Shown: positions 1 to 9,849, numbered from the stretch's first letter. The stretch: DNA of 30,096 bases from Candidatus Eiseniibacteriota bacterium (GCA_043809585.1 JBDROZ010000088.1:62001-92096), one strand, 5' to 3'. Program-made: numbers and translations. Notes: generated by a model not told the origin, from the sequence alone.

Positions 1-2
1 AC

Positions 3-1037
3 GCCCAGTCCTCCTGCGGAGTCTGCCACTCCCCCGAGGAAGTGGCCGTGCGGGGCGGCGACTGGTACGCCGCCGGGGCGGCGCAGTTCGAAGAGAAAGG
101 CTGCCGCTCGTGCCACAAGCTCGGGGGCCGGGGCGGCAATCTCGGACCGGAGCTGGACAACGAGGGCCTGAAGGTCCGGGGCCAGCTTCCCATGGCCCGC
201 GTGGAAGGTCCGAAGACTCTTCCCGAGTGGCTCGCCGAGCACTTCCGTGACCCCGGAGGGATCGTGGCGGGGAGCCGAATGCCCTCGCCCGGCCTCAGTC
301 CCGACGAAAACCGGGCGCTGACGACGTTCATGCTCTCCCTCCAGGACCGGGACCTCCCTTCCTCCTACCTGACACCGGAGCGCCACCTCGAGGTGTACCG
401 GAATGCCCGCCCGCCCGAGAGAACGGGAGAGGATCTGTACCGGACATTCTGCTCCCACTGCCACGACACGGGACGGTCGGGAAGATTCGACAAGTTCTTC
501 GGAATCTTCATTCCCGCGATCCGGGGAGAGAGCTACCGGAGCACGGTTTCCCCCGCGTACCTCGCGGCGAACATCCGCGAAGGCCGGCCGGGGAAGATCA
601 TGCCCGGCTGGAGTCCCGCTTCCGGCGGCCTGTCGGAGGAGGAGATTCGGCGTGTCGCGGTCTACCTGCTCGGGCGGGAAGTCTCCCCGGACGAATGGAA
701 CGACCCGAAACCGTCCCCGGCGCCGAAGGGGGACGCGGAGCGGGGCCGGAGGCTCTTCGCGAAAAACTGCTCCGGCTGCCACGGCGCGGACGGGGCCGGA
801 CGGGTGGGTCCGTCGCTGGACACGGCCGTGTTCCGGCGGTACGCCGGCGACCCGTTCCTATTCCGCACCATCGCGGAGGGACGGAGGAACACGGCCATGC
901 CGGCGTTTCTCGGGCCCGTGGCCGGCGGACTCGGTGAGGGAGACGTGAACGATCTGATCGCATTCCTGAGGACCCTCGGCCGAGGCGCGGTCGCTCTCGC
1001 CGCTCCGGCCGCGGGGGCTCCGGTCTCCGATCCATAG
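3..1037 (+). CDS. Multi-haem c-type cytochrome (5' partial, at least 4 CxxCH), tandem class I cytochrome c domains
   Basis: Frame is open from the window edge. CxxCH motifs: CGVCH (15-29), CRSCH (102-116), CSHCH (450-464), CSGCH (768-782). Candidate distal Met motifs SRMP, IMPGW, AMPAF. TAG at 1035-1037, 16 nt before the molybdoenzyme gene. Confidence 0.9.
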   Translation, partial: AQSSCGVCHSPEEVAVRGGDWYAAGAAQFEEKGCRSCHKLGGRGGNLGPELDNEGLKVRGQLPMARVEGPKTLPEWLAEHFRDPGGIVAGSRMPSPGLSPDENRALTTFMLSLQDRDLPSSYLTPERHLEVYRNARPPERTGEDLYRTFCSHCHDTGRSGRFDKFFGIFIPAIRGESYRSTVSPAYLAANIREGRPGKIMPGWSPASGGLSEEEIRRVAVYLLGREVSPDEWNDPKPSPAPKGDAERGRRLFAKNCSGCHGADGAGRVGPSLDTAVFRRYAGDPFLFRTIAEGRRNTAMPAFLGPVAGGLGEGDVNDLIAFLRTLGRGAVALAAPAAGAPVSDP

Positions 1038-1053
1038 GCCAGAGAGGAGCGAT

Positions 1054-3995
1054 ATGATGGACGACCGAACCCACGAGCTGGCTCCTCGATCGGAGGACGG
1101 CGGGACCTCCCGCTCGATTCCCGGGCGCGGCATCGGCCGGCGCCGCTTCCTGCAGCTCGGCGCCGGCTTCGCCGCCTGGATGGCCCGCCCGGCGGGGGCC
1201 GCGCTCGAGGAGTTCGATGTCGTCGACGTCGACCCACTCAGGAGCTATCCCTATCGGGGGTGGGAGGATCTCTACCGGGAGCGCGCCGGGTGGGACCGCG
1301 TCGTCCGTTCCACCCACTCGGCGAACTGCACCGGCTCGTGCTCGTGGAAGGTGTACGTGAAGGACGGCATCATGATCCGGGAGGAACAGGCGGCGGATTA
1401 TCCCCGGATCAACGAGGACCTCCCCGACTACAATCCGCGGGGCTGCAACAAGGGCGCATGCTTCGTCGAGTACGTGTACGGCGCACAGCGCCTCAAGTAC
1501 CCGCTCATCCGCGCCGGCGAGCGGGGGAGGGAAAGTGGCGGCGCGTGGGGTGGGACGAAGCCCTCGAGTACGTGGCGGAGAAGCTCCTGGACAATGTCTA
1601 CAACCACGGCCCCGACACCAACACCTTCTTCTCGGTCATCCCGGCCATGTCGCCGGTATCGTTCTGCGCGGGATCGCGCCTCGCCCATTTCATCGGAGGC
1701 GTGTTCTGCTCCTTCTACGACTGGTACTGCGACCTTCCCCCCGGAGAGCCGATCACGTGGGGCGTGCAGACCGAGGCGTGCGAGTGCGCGGACTGGTTCA
1801 ACGCCAAACACATCGTTCTCTGGGGATCCAACATCAACGCCACGCGGATTCCGGACGCCCACTTCGCCTGGGAGGCGCGGTACAACGGGGCGACGGTGGC
1901 CTGCGTCTCGCCCGACTACAACGCCAGCTCGATCCACGCAGACCAGTACGTCCGAATCGAACCGGGGATGGACATCGTCCTGGCCAACGCCGTCTGCCGG
2001 TGGCTCATCGAGAACGGCGGCGTGGACGTCCCCTACGTGAAGGAGCAGACGGACCTCCCCCTCATCGTCAGAGAGGACACGGGCCGATATCTGCGGGCGT
2101 CCGATCTCGACCCGGGGGACGTCGGGGAACCGCCGAACGTTCCGTCCTGGAACGGCGAGGGGGACGGGAAGGGCGCGACGGATCCGGAAGCGGTCTTCTA
2201 CGTCCACGACGGGAGGCGCGGTCTCTCGCCGGTGCCGGGCGCCCAGGGGACGGCCGTGAAGAGCCTCGACCTCGGCGGCCTCGATCCCGATCTCGAGTGG
2301 GCGGGAACGGTCCGTCTCGCCGGGGGTCGGGACGTGCGGGCTACGACGGTCTTCCGGCGGCTCCGCGACATGCTCGCCGATCCCCTTTACTCCATCGAGG
2401 GCGCCGCCGCCAAGTGCGGCATCCCCGAACGCGACCTCGTTCACTTCGCCGAGGGCTTCACGCGGAAGCCGGCCATGATCATCCACGGGGCCGGCGTCAA
2501 CCACTGGTATCACAACGATCTCATCAATCGCTCGCTCATCCTCGTCGTCGCACTCACCGGAAACGTGGGGAAGAACGGCGGCGGCTTCAATCACTACGTC
2601 GGACAGGAGCGGATCTGGCCCGAACACGGCTTCAAGCAGCTGGCCTTCCCCCGGGGCGGAAAGAAGCAGCGGTTCCAGAACACCACGCTTTGGACCTACT
2701 GCCACACCACCCAGCGCGATCCCCACCTCATCGGGGGAAAGAAGATCGAGGAGTACATCGTCGAATCGGTGAAGAACGGCTGGATGCCCCTCTGGCCGAA
2801 ACAGAATCCCGCCGACCTCACCCCTGAGCGTGTACACGACCTTCCCCGCAAGCCCCGCGCCCTCATCGTGTGGCGCGCGAACTACCTGAATCAGGCGAAG
2901 GGGAACGAGGCGATCCTCCGCTCCCTCTGGAAGGACCTCGATCTCATCGTCAACATCAACTACCGGATGGACACGACCGCGCTCTACAGCGACGTCGTCC
3001 TGCCGGCGTCCACGTACTACGAGAAGACGGACCTGAACTCCACGGACTGCCACTCGTTCATCCATCCCTTCTCGAAGGTCCTCGATCCGCTCTACGAATC
3101 CCGGACCGACTGGGACGTGTTCGCGTCGCTCGCGAAGAAGATGTCCGAGGTGGCGGCCCGGCGGAAGCTGCCGGCATTCGTCGACGAGGATCTGGAGTGG
3201 ACCCGGGATTTCCGCAGGCTCTACGAGGACTGGTCCGACGACGGCCGTCTGGCCGCGGACGAGGATGCGGCAAACTTCATCCTCTCCCGGTCGGAAGAGA
3301 CCCGCGGCATGACCTACCGCGGGCTTCAGGAGCGCCCGCTCCGGTTCACGGGCATCGACGCCGAGGCGTGGAACAGCGAAATCGAGGAGGGACGGGCGTA
3401 CACGCCGTTCACCCACCAGGTGGAGAAGAAGAGACCCTGGAGAACGCTCACCGGACGGCAGCAGTTCTACGTGGATCATCCGTGGTACATCGATCTCGGC
3501 GAGGCCCTCGCGGTCCACAAGGACCCTCAGGACGACCCCCGTTATCCCCTCTATTGGAATACGCCCCACGGACGCTGGTCGATCCACTCGACCTGGCGGG
3601 ACAACCGGTACATGCTCCGGCTTCAGAGGGGTCTGCCGATCGTCTACCTCCATCCCGACGACGCGGCACGGCGGGGCATCCGGGACAACGACTGGGTGCG
3701 CGTCTTCAACGACGAAGGGGAGGCGATCGTGAAGGCGAAGCTGCTCCCGGGCGAGAAGGCGGGCCGCCTCACCATGTACCACGGGTGGGAGAAATACCTC
3801 GGCTTCCAGCGGGGGGGCTGGCAGTCCCTCACCTACATCAAGATCAAGCCCACCCAATTGGTCGGCGGCTACGGCCACCTGAACTTCCGCCTGAACTACT
3901 GGGGGCCCACGGGGAACAACCGGGACATCAAGGTCGAGATCGAACGATACCGCGGACCCGTCGCCGGGCACGAGCGGAACGCCGGGAGGGTATGA
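1054..3995 (+). CDS. narG: Tat-exported type II DMSO-reductase-family molybdoenzyme alpha subunit, periplasmic NarG-like (about 980 aa); reading frame broken at 1523-1527
   Basis: RBS GAGGAG; twin-Arg GRRRFLQ; FS0 motif HSANCTGSC..NPRGC; Mo-ligand Asp region SFYDWYCDLP; GGGFNHYVGQE; TPHGRWSIHS. ORF 1054 (N-terminus) and ORF 1260-3995 (remainder) join as ..AGERGEGKWRRV.. if one G is added to the G5 run. The substrate (nitrate) is inferred, so the symbol is tentative. Confidence 0.85.
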
Positions 3996-5296
3996 GCATG
4001 TCCGGGCATCAATACGCGATGGTCATGGACCTCAACAAGTGCATCGGTTGCCAGACCTGCACCCTCGCCTGCAAGAAGCAATGGACCGACGGCGACGGCA
4101 TGGACTACATGTACTGGAACAACGTGGAGACCCATCCGGGGGTGGGCTATCCGCGCGGGTGGCACTCCCTCGGAGGCGGGTTCGACCAGCGGCGCCACCT
4201 CCGGCCCTCCGCCCTGCCCGGGAAGAAGGACTACGGCGAGGCTTTCGAGTACGATTACGGCCAGCGCCTATTCGAAGGGAAGGGCAAGCCGGTCATGCCC
4301 CACGAGGACCCCACGTTCTCGCCGAACTGGGACGAAGACGTGGGCGGCTGGGACCCGTCGAATCCGTATTTCTTCTACCTGCCCCGGATCTGCAATCACT
4401 GCACCCACCCCGCCTGTCTCGAGGCGTGCCCTCGCAAGGCGATCTACAAGCGGGAGGAGGACGGCATCGTCCTGATCGACCAGGAGCGGTGCCGGGGGTA
4501 CCGTTACTGCATCAAGGCGTGTCCGTACAAGAAGATCTACTTCAACGAAGTTCTCGGGAAGAGCGAGAAGTGCATCTTCTGCTATCCCCGTCTGGAGAAG
4601 GGCCGCGCGAACGCATGCGCGGCGCAGTGTCCGGGACGCATTCGTTTCGTCGGCCTCCTGGACGACCCCGAGTCCCCGGTGCACGCGCTCGTTAGGCGGT
4701 ACGAGGTCGCCCTCCCCCTTCTTCCCGAGAAGGGGACGAGCCCGAACGTCTACTATGTCCCCCCCTTCAGCCCACCAAAGGAAGGGGCGGCGGCGGGGGG
4801 CATTCTGGAGGACGCCCGCCTTCCCCTCGACTACCTCCGCTATCTGTTCGGCCCGAAAGTCGACGGGGTTCTCCTCCGCCTGGAGGCGGAGCTGAAGAAG
4901 GCCAGGAACGGCGGGAGGAGCGAAATCCTCCAGCTCCTGATCGGCCGTGACGAGAGGGTGCGGTACCGTATCTTGCCGAAGGCGCTGAAAGAGGCGACGC
5001 CCGCGGAGGTCCGGGGCGTCCTCGACGACAAGCCCTCCGGGCCCGGGCTCGAGATCCTCGGCACGCAAAGCGCCCCCGGAAGTGAGGAGCGACCGGCCGG
5101 AGAGGAAGAAGCCCGGCGCGCCGGCCGCTCCGACTCGTACGAAAAGATCGCCGGCCTCGGGGCGGCCGCGGCCGGATTCACGCTCCGATGTCCGCCTCCG
5201 GGGGAAGGGGAGGGATGCGGCGGCTGCGACCGCGCCTCCGGATGTGGACCGAAGGACGGTGCGGAAGAGCGGGAGGAGGATGAATCATGGTCTTGA
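3992..5296 (+). CDS. narH: Fe-S beta subunit (NarH/EbdB-type) with about 100 aa C-terminal extension
   Basis: ATGA overlap with the alpha stop. MVMDLNKCIGCQTCTLAC, CNHCTHPACLEAC, CRGYRYCIKACPY (3Fe-4S-type group), CIFCYP..CAAQCP. True start is 3992 or 3998, not 2870. Confidence 0.88.
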   Translation: MSMSGHQYAMVMDLNKCIGCQTCTLACKKQWTDGDGMDYMYWNNVETHPGVGYPRGWHSLGGGFDQRRHLRPSALPGKKDYGEAFEYDYGQRLFEGKGKPVMPHEDPTFSPNWDEDVGGWDPSNPYFFYLPRICNHCTHPACLEACPRKAIYKREEDGIVLIDQERCRGYRYCIKACPYKKIYFNEVLGKSEKCIFCYPRLEKGRANACAAQCPGRIRFVGLLDDPESPVHALVRRYEVALPLLPEKGTSPNVYYVPPFSPPKEGAAAGGILEDARLPLDYLRYLFGPKVDGVLLRLEAELKKARNGGRSEILQLLIGRDERVRYRILPKALKEATPAEVRGVLDDKPSGPGLEILGTQSAPGSEERPAGEEEARRAGRSDSYEKIAGLGAAAAGFTLRCPPPGEGEGCGGCDRASGCGPKDGAEEREEDESWS

Positions 5297-6039
5297 GAGC
5301 GTGGCTCCTCGTCTCCACCGCCGCCGTCGCGGCGATCGGCCCGCACGCGCGGGCGGAGTTGTCGGGGCCGATCTCCGCGGCCCCGGCGGAGGCGCCGTTT
5401 CTCGTCGCCGGGACCGCGCCGCGGGGAATCGAAGGCGTGCCCGGACCCGCCCACGACGCCTGGCGGGGATCGACGGAGACGCCCCTTCTCCTCAGCCGAA
5501 CGCCGCCTCTCTACGAAGGAGATCCGATGGACGACGGCGTCCGGCCCGACGGTTCGATCCGCCTGCTCCGAACCGGAGACGACATTCTCGTCCGTCTCGC
5601 GTGGGAGGACCCGACGGACAGCCGGCCCCGGCCCCCCGAGTCGATTCCCGACGCCGGGGATGATCACGTCTATCCGGCCCACTCGATGGACATCGAGCGG
5701 TTCGCGGATGGGGCCTGCGTGATGGTTCCGCGAACCCGCGGGCCTCGCGACGTTTTTCCTTCATTGATGATGGGAGACGCCGCGGACCCCGTGGACCTCT
5801 ACTATTGGAATCGAACCCTCGGTTTCGAGCGGCTCGAGGCGCGGGGCCGGGGGACCACGAGCCGGACCGGCGAGGCGTTCCCCGGGGATTCGCGCAGAAC
5901 CTCCAGGGGATGGGTGGTGGTGGTGCGGATCCCGGATGTTCCCCCCGGGACACCGATCTCCGTGGCGTTCTGGGACGGCGGGCGGGACCACCGGGACGGC
6001 CTCAAGTTCTTCAGCCCCTGGTACGAGGTGCGTCCATGA
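5287..6039 (+). CDS. Haem b gamma subunit, EbdC/SerC/DdhC-like (DOMON-type)
   Basis: Sec signal peptide ending ARA; RLAWEDPT, FADGACVMVP, MMG (candidate Met ligand), VAFWDG..RDGLK (candidate Lys ligand); overlaps the beta stop. Confidence 0.82.
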   Translation: MVLRAWLLVSTAAVAAIGPHARAELSGPISAAPAEAPFLVAGTAPRGIEGVPGPAHDAWRGSTETPLLLSRTPPLYEGDPMDDGVRPDGSIRLLRTGDDILVRLAWEDPTDSRPRPPESIPDAGDDHVYPAHSMDIERFADGACVMVPRTRGPRDVFPSLMMGDAADPVDLYYWNRTLGFERLEARGRGTTSRTGEAFPGDSRRTSRGWVVVVRIPDVPPGTPISVAFWDGGRDHRDGLKFFSPWYEVRP

Positions 6040-6692
6040 CCGGAGGCGCCCCGGGGAAGCCGGACACGAGCGCCCGCTCGACCGCCGCCGACCGGGCCGC
6101 GGCCTTTCTGTTCGTTCACGACCTCTTTCGCCTTCCCTCCGCCGGGCAGTGGGCGTGGATCGGACGGGATGAGACCCGCCGGCCCTGGGCCGCCCTCGCT
6201 GAGGCTCTGGGCCTGCCGGGCCCGGACGAGATCTCCCTCCCGTCCGAGGAGCGTCGGTACGAGAGCGAGTTCATCTCCGCCTTCGAGGCGGGCGCGCCCA
6301 CTCCCGCCGTCCCCCTGATGGAGTCGCACTACAGCAGACGCGGGCCCACCGGTCTGATCCTCCAGGAAAACGTACTCTTCTATCGCCGATTCGGTCTCCG
6401 GCTCAAGAACGGGACCACGGAGAACGCCGACCATCTCCGCTCCCAGCTCGAATTCGTCGCCCATCTGTATCGGTTGGAGTCGCACGAGCTGTCCGCATCC
6501 GGAAGCGAAGAGAGGCTCGGTTCGATCCGCCGCGCCCGCGGCGAGTTCGTGGATCGACACCTGCTGGGATGGCTGCCGGCGGCGGAGTCGCGGGCCGCGG
6601 GCGCGGCGCCTCCGTGGGCCGCCGCCTACATCGCACTCGCCCGCCGGCTCGTGGATGGGATGGCCGAAGACCCCCGCCCGACATCGGACTGA
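6036..6692 (+). CDS. TorD/NarJ/DmsD-family molybdoenzyme maturation chaperone
   Basis: ATGA overlap with the gamma stop; PLMESHY, FYRRFGL, ENADHLRSQLEF, FVDRHLLGWLP motifs. Confidence 0.85.
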   Translation: MTGGAPGKPDTSARSTAADRAAAFLFVHDLFRLPSAGQWAWIGRDETRRPWAALAEALGLPGPDEISLPSEERRYESEFISAFEAGAPTPAVPLMESHYSRRGPTGLILQENVLFYRRFGLRLKNGTTENADHLRSQLEFVAHLYRLESHELSASGSEERLGSIRRARGEFVDRHLLGWLPAAESRAAGAAPPWAAAYIALARRLVDGMAEDPRPTSD

Positions 6693-6796
6693 GGCGGGAA
6701 AGCCCTCACGCTCGACTCCGGCCCCGGGACCGGCGACGGCCGAACCGCCGCCTCCTCCGCTCCGACCGTCCGGGTCTGGCGGGACAAACCGTTTCG

Positions 6797-6805
6797 TGGT
6801 AGAGT
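6797..6805 (+). promoter_or_regulatory. Possible extended -10 promoter for the cytochrome b gene
   Basis: TGGTAGAGT (TGn plus TAGAGT) about 60 nt upstream of ATG 6864 in a 171-nt intergenic gap. Confidence 0.3.
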
Positions 6806-6863
6806 AGCCCGTCGACGGCCTTCCCCCCTCAAACCACCTCCCCCTCTGGCCGATAAGCGGGAT

Positions 6864-7865
6864 ATGGAGACACGCATGATCACCGGGAGCGGCCCGAAAC
6901 CGGGCCAGCGAGATACGACTCATTCCCCCGGGATCGCGCCTTCGGCGAGACGGGACGAGAGCGTGCCGCCTCTGAGGATCCTCCGCTTCCGGAAGACGGA
7001 GCGGCTGGTCCACTGGTCGCTGGCGATTCCTTTCCTGGTCTGCTTCATCACGGCGATCATTCTGGTTTTCGTCTACAACCCGGCTCCCCGGCGGCCCTAC
7101 CACGAAGTCTTCTCCTGGATCCACCGGATCTCGGGGCTCTGCCTCGCCACCTTCCCGATCATCGCCCTGATCCGGAGCAGGGGGGACTTTCGGATCCACT
7201 TCTACAACATCGCGCAGGCGTGGCTCTGGACGTTGAACGACATCAAGTGGCTCGGCCTCATGGGGCTCGCGTCGGTGAGCAAACGCTTCTCTCTTCCGGA
7301 GCAGGGGAAGTTCAACGCCGCGGAAAAGCTGAACTTCATGATGCTCATGACGACCTATCCCCTCTACGTCGCCACGGGCCTCACGATCTGGCTCACCCAC
7401 AACGCGTTCCTGGCGTGGATCGTCCACTTCGGGATGGCGATGCTCGCGACGCCCCTCGTGCTCGGCCACATCTACATGGCGACGCTGAACCGGGACACCC
7501 GGAAGGGCCTCCCCGGTATGATCTCCGGCTTCGTCGACCGTCAGTGGGCGAAGCACCATTACCGGGAGTGGTACCGGGAGTTTCACGAAGAAGAGGAATC
7601 CCCCGAGCCCCAGGCGGCGGAGCCCGAAGCCGTCACGCCCGCCGAACGCTCCTTCCACTTCGACGACGCCGACCCTCGCACCGCCGCGGACCCGTCGAGA
7701 ACCGTTACGGAAGCAGGTCCGCCAACCACCGCCAAGCCGGCGAAGCCCGCCCACCCCTCCTTCCCCTTCGACGAAGCCGATCCCCGCACCGCGGCCGGAC
7801 CGGTCCGGGCCGGTTCCCGGAAGAACGACCCGATTGAACGGGACTCCGAATCCGATCTGCACTGA
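6864..7865 (+). CDS. fdnI: Formate dehydrogenase gamma-like di-haem cytochrome b (FdnI family) with low-complexity C-terminal tail
   Basis: RFRKTERLVHW, WIHRISG, QGKFNAAEK, WIVHF, GHIYMA, MISGFVDRQWAKHHY; four hydrophobic helices. Confidence 0.82.
   Translation: METRMITGSGPKPGQRDTTHSPGIAPSARRDESVPPLRILRFRKTERLVHWSLAIPFLVCFITAIILVFVYNPAPRRPYHEVFSWIHRISGLCLATFPIIALIRSRGDFRIHFYNIAQAWLWTLNDIKWLGLMGLASVSKRFSLPEQGKFNAAEKLNFMMLMTTYPLYVATGLTIWLTHNAFLAWIVHFGMAMLATPLVLGHIYMATLNRDTRKGLPGMISGFVDRQWAKHHYREWYREFHEEEESPEPQAAEPEAVTPAERSFHFDDADPRTAADPSRTVTEAGPPTTAKPAKPAHPSFPFDEADPRTAAGPVRAGSRKNDPIERDSESDLH
7650..7805 (+). repeat. Two imperfect ~47-nt direct repeats in the fdnI-like tail
   Basis: Copies start at 7650 and 7758 (108 nt apart) and encode SFHFDDADPRTAADP and SFPFDEADPRTAAGP. 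Confidence 0.85.
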
Positions 7866-8097
7866 GAGCGGCCGTACGAATTCCCCGGCTTTTCGATCCT
7901 CCCTTCGCGGCGTAGGTGGTCGCCGGGTCCCCCGCCCCCCTCGAGCCCGCCTTCGAAGAGTACGCCGGACACTGCGCGGAGCTCGTCGCGATCGACACGG
8001 CCGCACCGAACGGCGTTCCGGCCTTCCTCGTCGTCGACTTCATCCGCCCCACTCACCTCCCCGTTCGTGCCGGCCCCGGGATGAAGCGCTCCCGCCG

Positions 8098-8106
8098 TGT
8101 TATAAT
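8098..8106 (+). promoter_or_regulatory. Extended -10 sigma70-type promoter
   Basis: TGTTATAAT, a perfect TGn-TATAAT in GC-rich DNA, about 65 nt upstream of GTG 8170. Confidence 0.55.
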
Positions 8107-8169
8107 CATGGAAAGCGAAGCCGTTTCGCACCCCTTGACAGCCTCGTGTGCCGGAAAGGAAGTGATTGC

Positions 8170-9849
8170 GTGCGTTCACCGAAGTCTTTCTGCCGCAGGC
8201 GTTTCCTTCTGCTTCTCCCGATCCTCGCCGTCGCCTCCCCGGCCGGCGCCGACGACTACCTCAACGCGCGTCTCAACCAGGACGCGACGGCAGAGGTGCA
8301 GAACGAACAGCAGATCGTGGTCAACCCGGCGAACCCCGAGAATCTGGTCGCCGTCTGGCGCGATTTTCGCCTCGGCTACCGGCAGGTCGCCTGGGCCTAC
8401 ACCTTCGACGGGGGCTACTCGTGGAGCGAGGGGGGGCTCTTTCAGGAGTCGAACTACCCGTACCAGAGCGATCCCGGTCTGACCGCGGCGCGCAACGGAG
8501 ATTTCTACGCCGTGATCCTCTCGTTCACGAGCACCGCCGAGCCGAACGGGCTCTACGTGTACCGGTCGATCGACGGGGGCGTCTCGTGGGGCGCTCCGAG
8601 CGAGGTCGTGAACCAGGTCCCGAACGTCTTCGAGGACAAGGAGTTCATCGCGTGCGACCGGACCGGCGGGGCGCACGACGGCAATCTGTACGTGGCGTGG
8701 TCCCGTTTCGGAGCCACCTCGACGATCGTGTTCCGGCGCTCGACGGACGGAGGCGGAACGTGGGGCCCGACGTACCCCGTCGACGATGCCGGAGGCTCCC
8801 AGTTTCCGATACCGGTCGTGGGCAGGAACGGCGATGTCTACGTCGCCTGGGGAGACTACTACAACGACGTGATCAAGCTCGACGTCTCGACCGACGGAGG
8901 GGCGACGTTCGGAACGGACCGGATCGTCACCGGCGTCTACACCGTTTTCACCACGATCAACGGGGGCATCGACGCGTACGGCTCGCCCCAGATGGACGCG
9001 GACATCACCGACGGACCCTTTGCGGGGCGCCTTTACCTCGCCTTCATGGACCGGCGCGGCGGGGCCGGCGACTTCGACATCTGGGTGACGACGAGCGACG
9101 ACGGCGGCGCGCACTGGACCGGCGCCGTCCGCGTGAACGACGACGCGATGAACAACGGCCGGGATCAGTTCCTGCCTTGGATCACCGTCGACGACGTCGG
9201 GATCGCCACGGTCGTGTTCCTCGACCGCCGCGACGACCCCGCGAACCTCTCGTACCACTGCTACCTGGCGCAGTCCGGCGACGGCGGCGCCACCTGGTCC
9301 CCCAACGTCCGGGTGAGCACGGCCCCCTCCGACCCCGCCCACGCGCTTCGCGCCGATCCGGACAGGGCCGCCTGGGCCATGGACAAGGGAAGCGGGACGA
9401 TCCGCGCGGCACTTCCGACCGTTTCCCGCGCGGGGCTCCTCGGCGAGTACATCGGCGTTGCGTGCTCCGGCGGATATGCCACGCCCGTCTGGACGGACAT
9501 CCGGAACCTGAATCAGGACACGTACGCCGGCTACCCGCTCGTGAAGACGGCCGTGGCCGGGAGCCTTCCGGACGCCGCGGGCCCCTCCCTCACCGTCGCC
9601 CCCCATCCGCTTCGAGCCCGGGAGCCCCTGTCGATCCGCGCCCCCTTCGCGCGCGGGGTCCTCGCGCTCTACGACGTGAGAGGACGCCGGGTGGGCGCCC
9701 ATCTCCTCGACGGCGCGGCAATGTCAACAGCCGGACTGACGGCGGCGGCGCTCTTCGGCCGCGACCGGTCCCCGGCCCCGGGGATCTACTTCCTCCGGCT
9801 GGAGTCGCCGGACGGGAACGCGACGGCCCGCGTCGTCATCGTCGAGTAG
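8170..9849 (+). CDS. Secreted sialidase-like Asp-box (BNR) beta-propeller protein with C-terminal FlgD/T9SS-like domain
   Basis: GTG start after GGAAAGGA; signal peptide RRRFLLLLPILAVASPAGA; six Asp boxes (TFDGGYSW, SIDGGVSW, STDGGGTW, STDGGATF, SDDGGAHW, SGDGGATW); LYDVRGRRV..PGIYFLRL tail. Confidence 0.8.
   Translation: MRSPKSFCRRRFLLLLPILAVASPAGADDYLNARLNQDATAEVQNEQQIVVNPANPENLVAVWRDFRLGYRQVAWAYTFDGGYSWSEGGLFQESNYPYQSDPGLTAARNGDFYAVILSFTSTAEPNGLYVYRSIDGGVSWGAPSEVVNQVPNVFEDKEFIACDRTGGAHDGNLYVAWSRFGATSTIVFRRSTDGGGTWGPTYPVDDAGGSQFPIPVVGRNGDVYVAWGDYYNDVIKLDVSTDGGATFGTDRIVTGVYTVFTTINGGIDAYGSPQMDADITDGPFAGRLYLAFMDRRGGAGDFDIWVTTSDDGGAHWTGAVRVNDDAMNNGRDQFLPWITVDDVGIATVVFLDRRDDPANLSYHCYLAQSGDGGATWSPNVRVSTAPSDPAHALRADPDRAAWAMDKGSGTIRAALPTVSRAGLLGEYIGVACSGGYATPVWTDIRNLNQDTYAGYPLVKTAVAGSLPDAAGPSLTVAPHPLRAREPLSIRAPFARGVLALYDVRGRRVGAHLLDGAAMSTAGLTAAALFGRDRSPAPGIYFLRLESPDGNATARVVIVE

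Noticed and set aside
1520-1535. Programmed ribosomal frameshift in the alpha gene
   Set aside because: No precedent known to me in this family; a homopolymer indel is the simpler explanation.
1428-3971. Long antisense and alternate-frame ORFs (e.g. 1428-3971 -, 5802-8006 -, 8176-9702 -, 12404-13507 +, 26816-28057 +)
   Set aside because: Shadow ORFs typical of high-GC DNA; they overlap well-supported genes and lack recognisable motifs.
2870-3991. N-terminal 374 aa of the 808-aa ORF as a fusion to the beta subunit
   Set aside because: Arg/Gly/Pro-rich off-frame translation of the alpha gene; beta starts at the ATGA overlap (3992) or at 3998.
1054-3995. Firm call as nitrite oxidoreductase, perchlorate reductase or ethylbenzene dehydrogenase
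   Set aside because: Shared family motifs cannot fix the substrate without phylogeny; recalled similarity favours periplasmic NarG, which is itself tentative.
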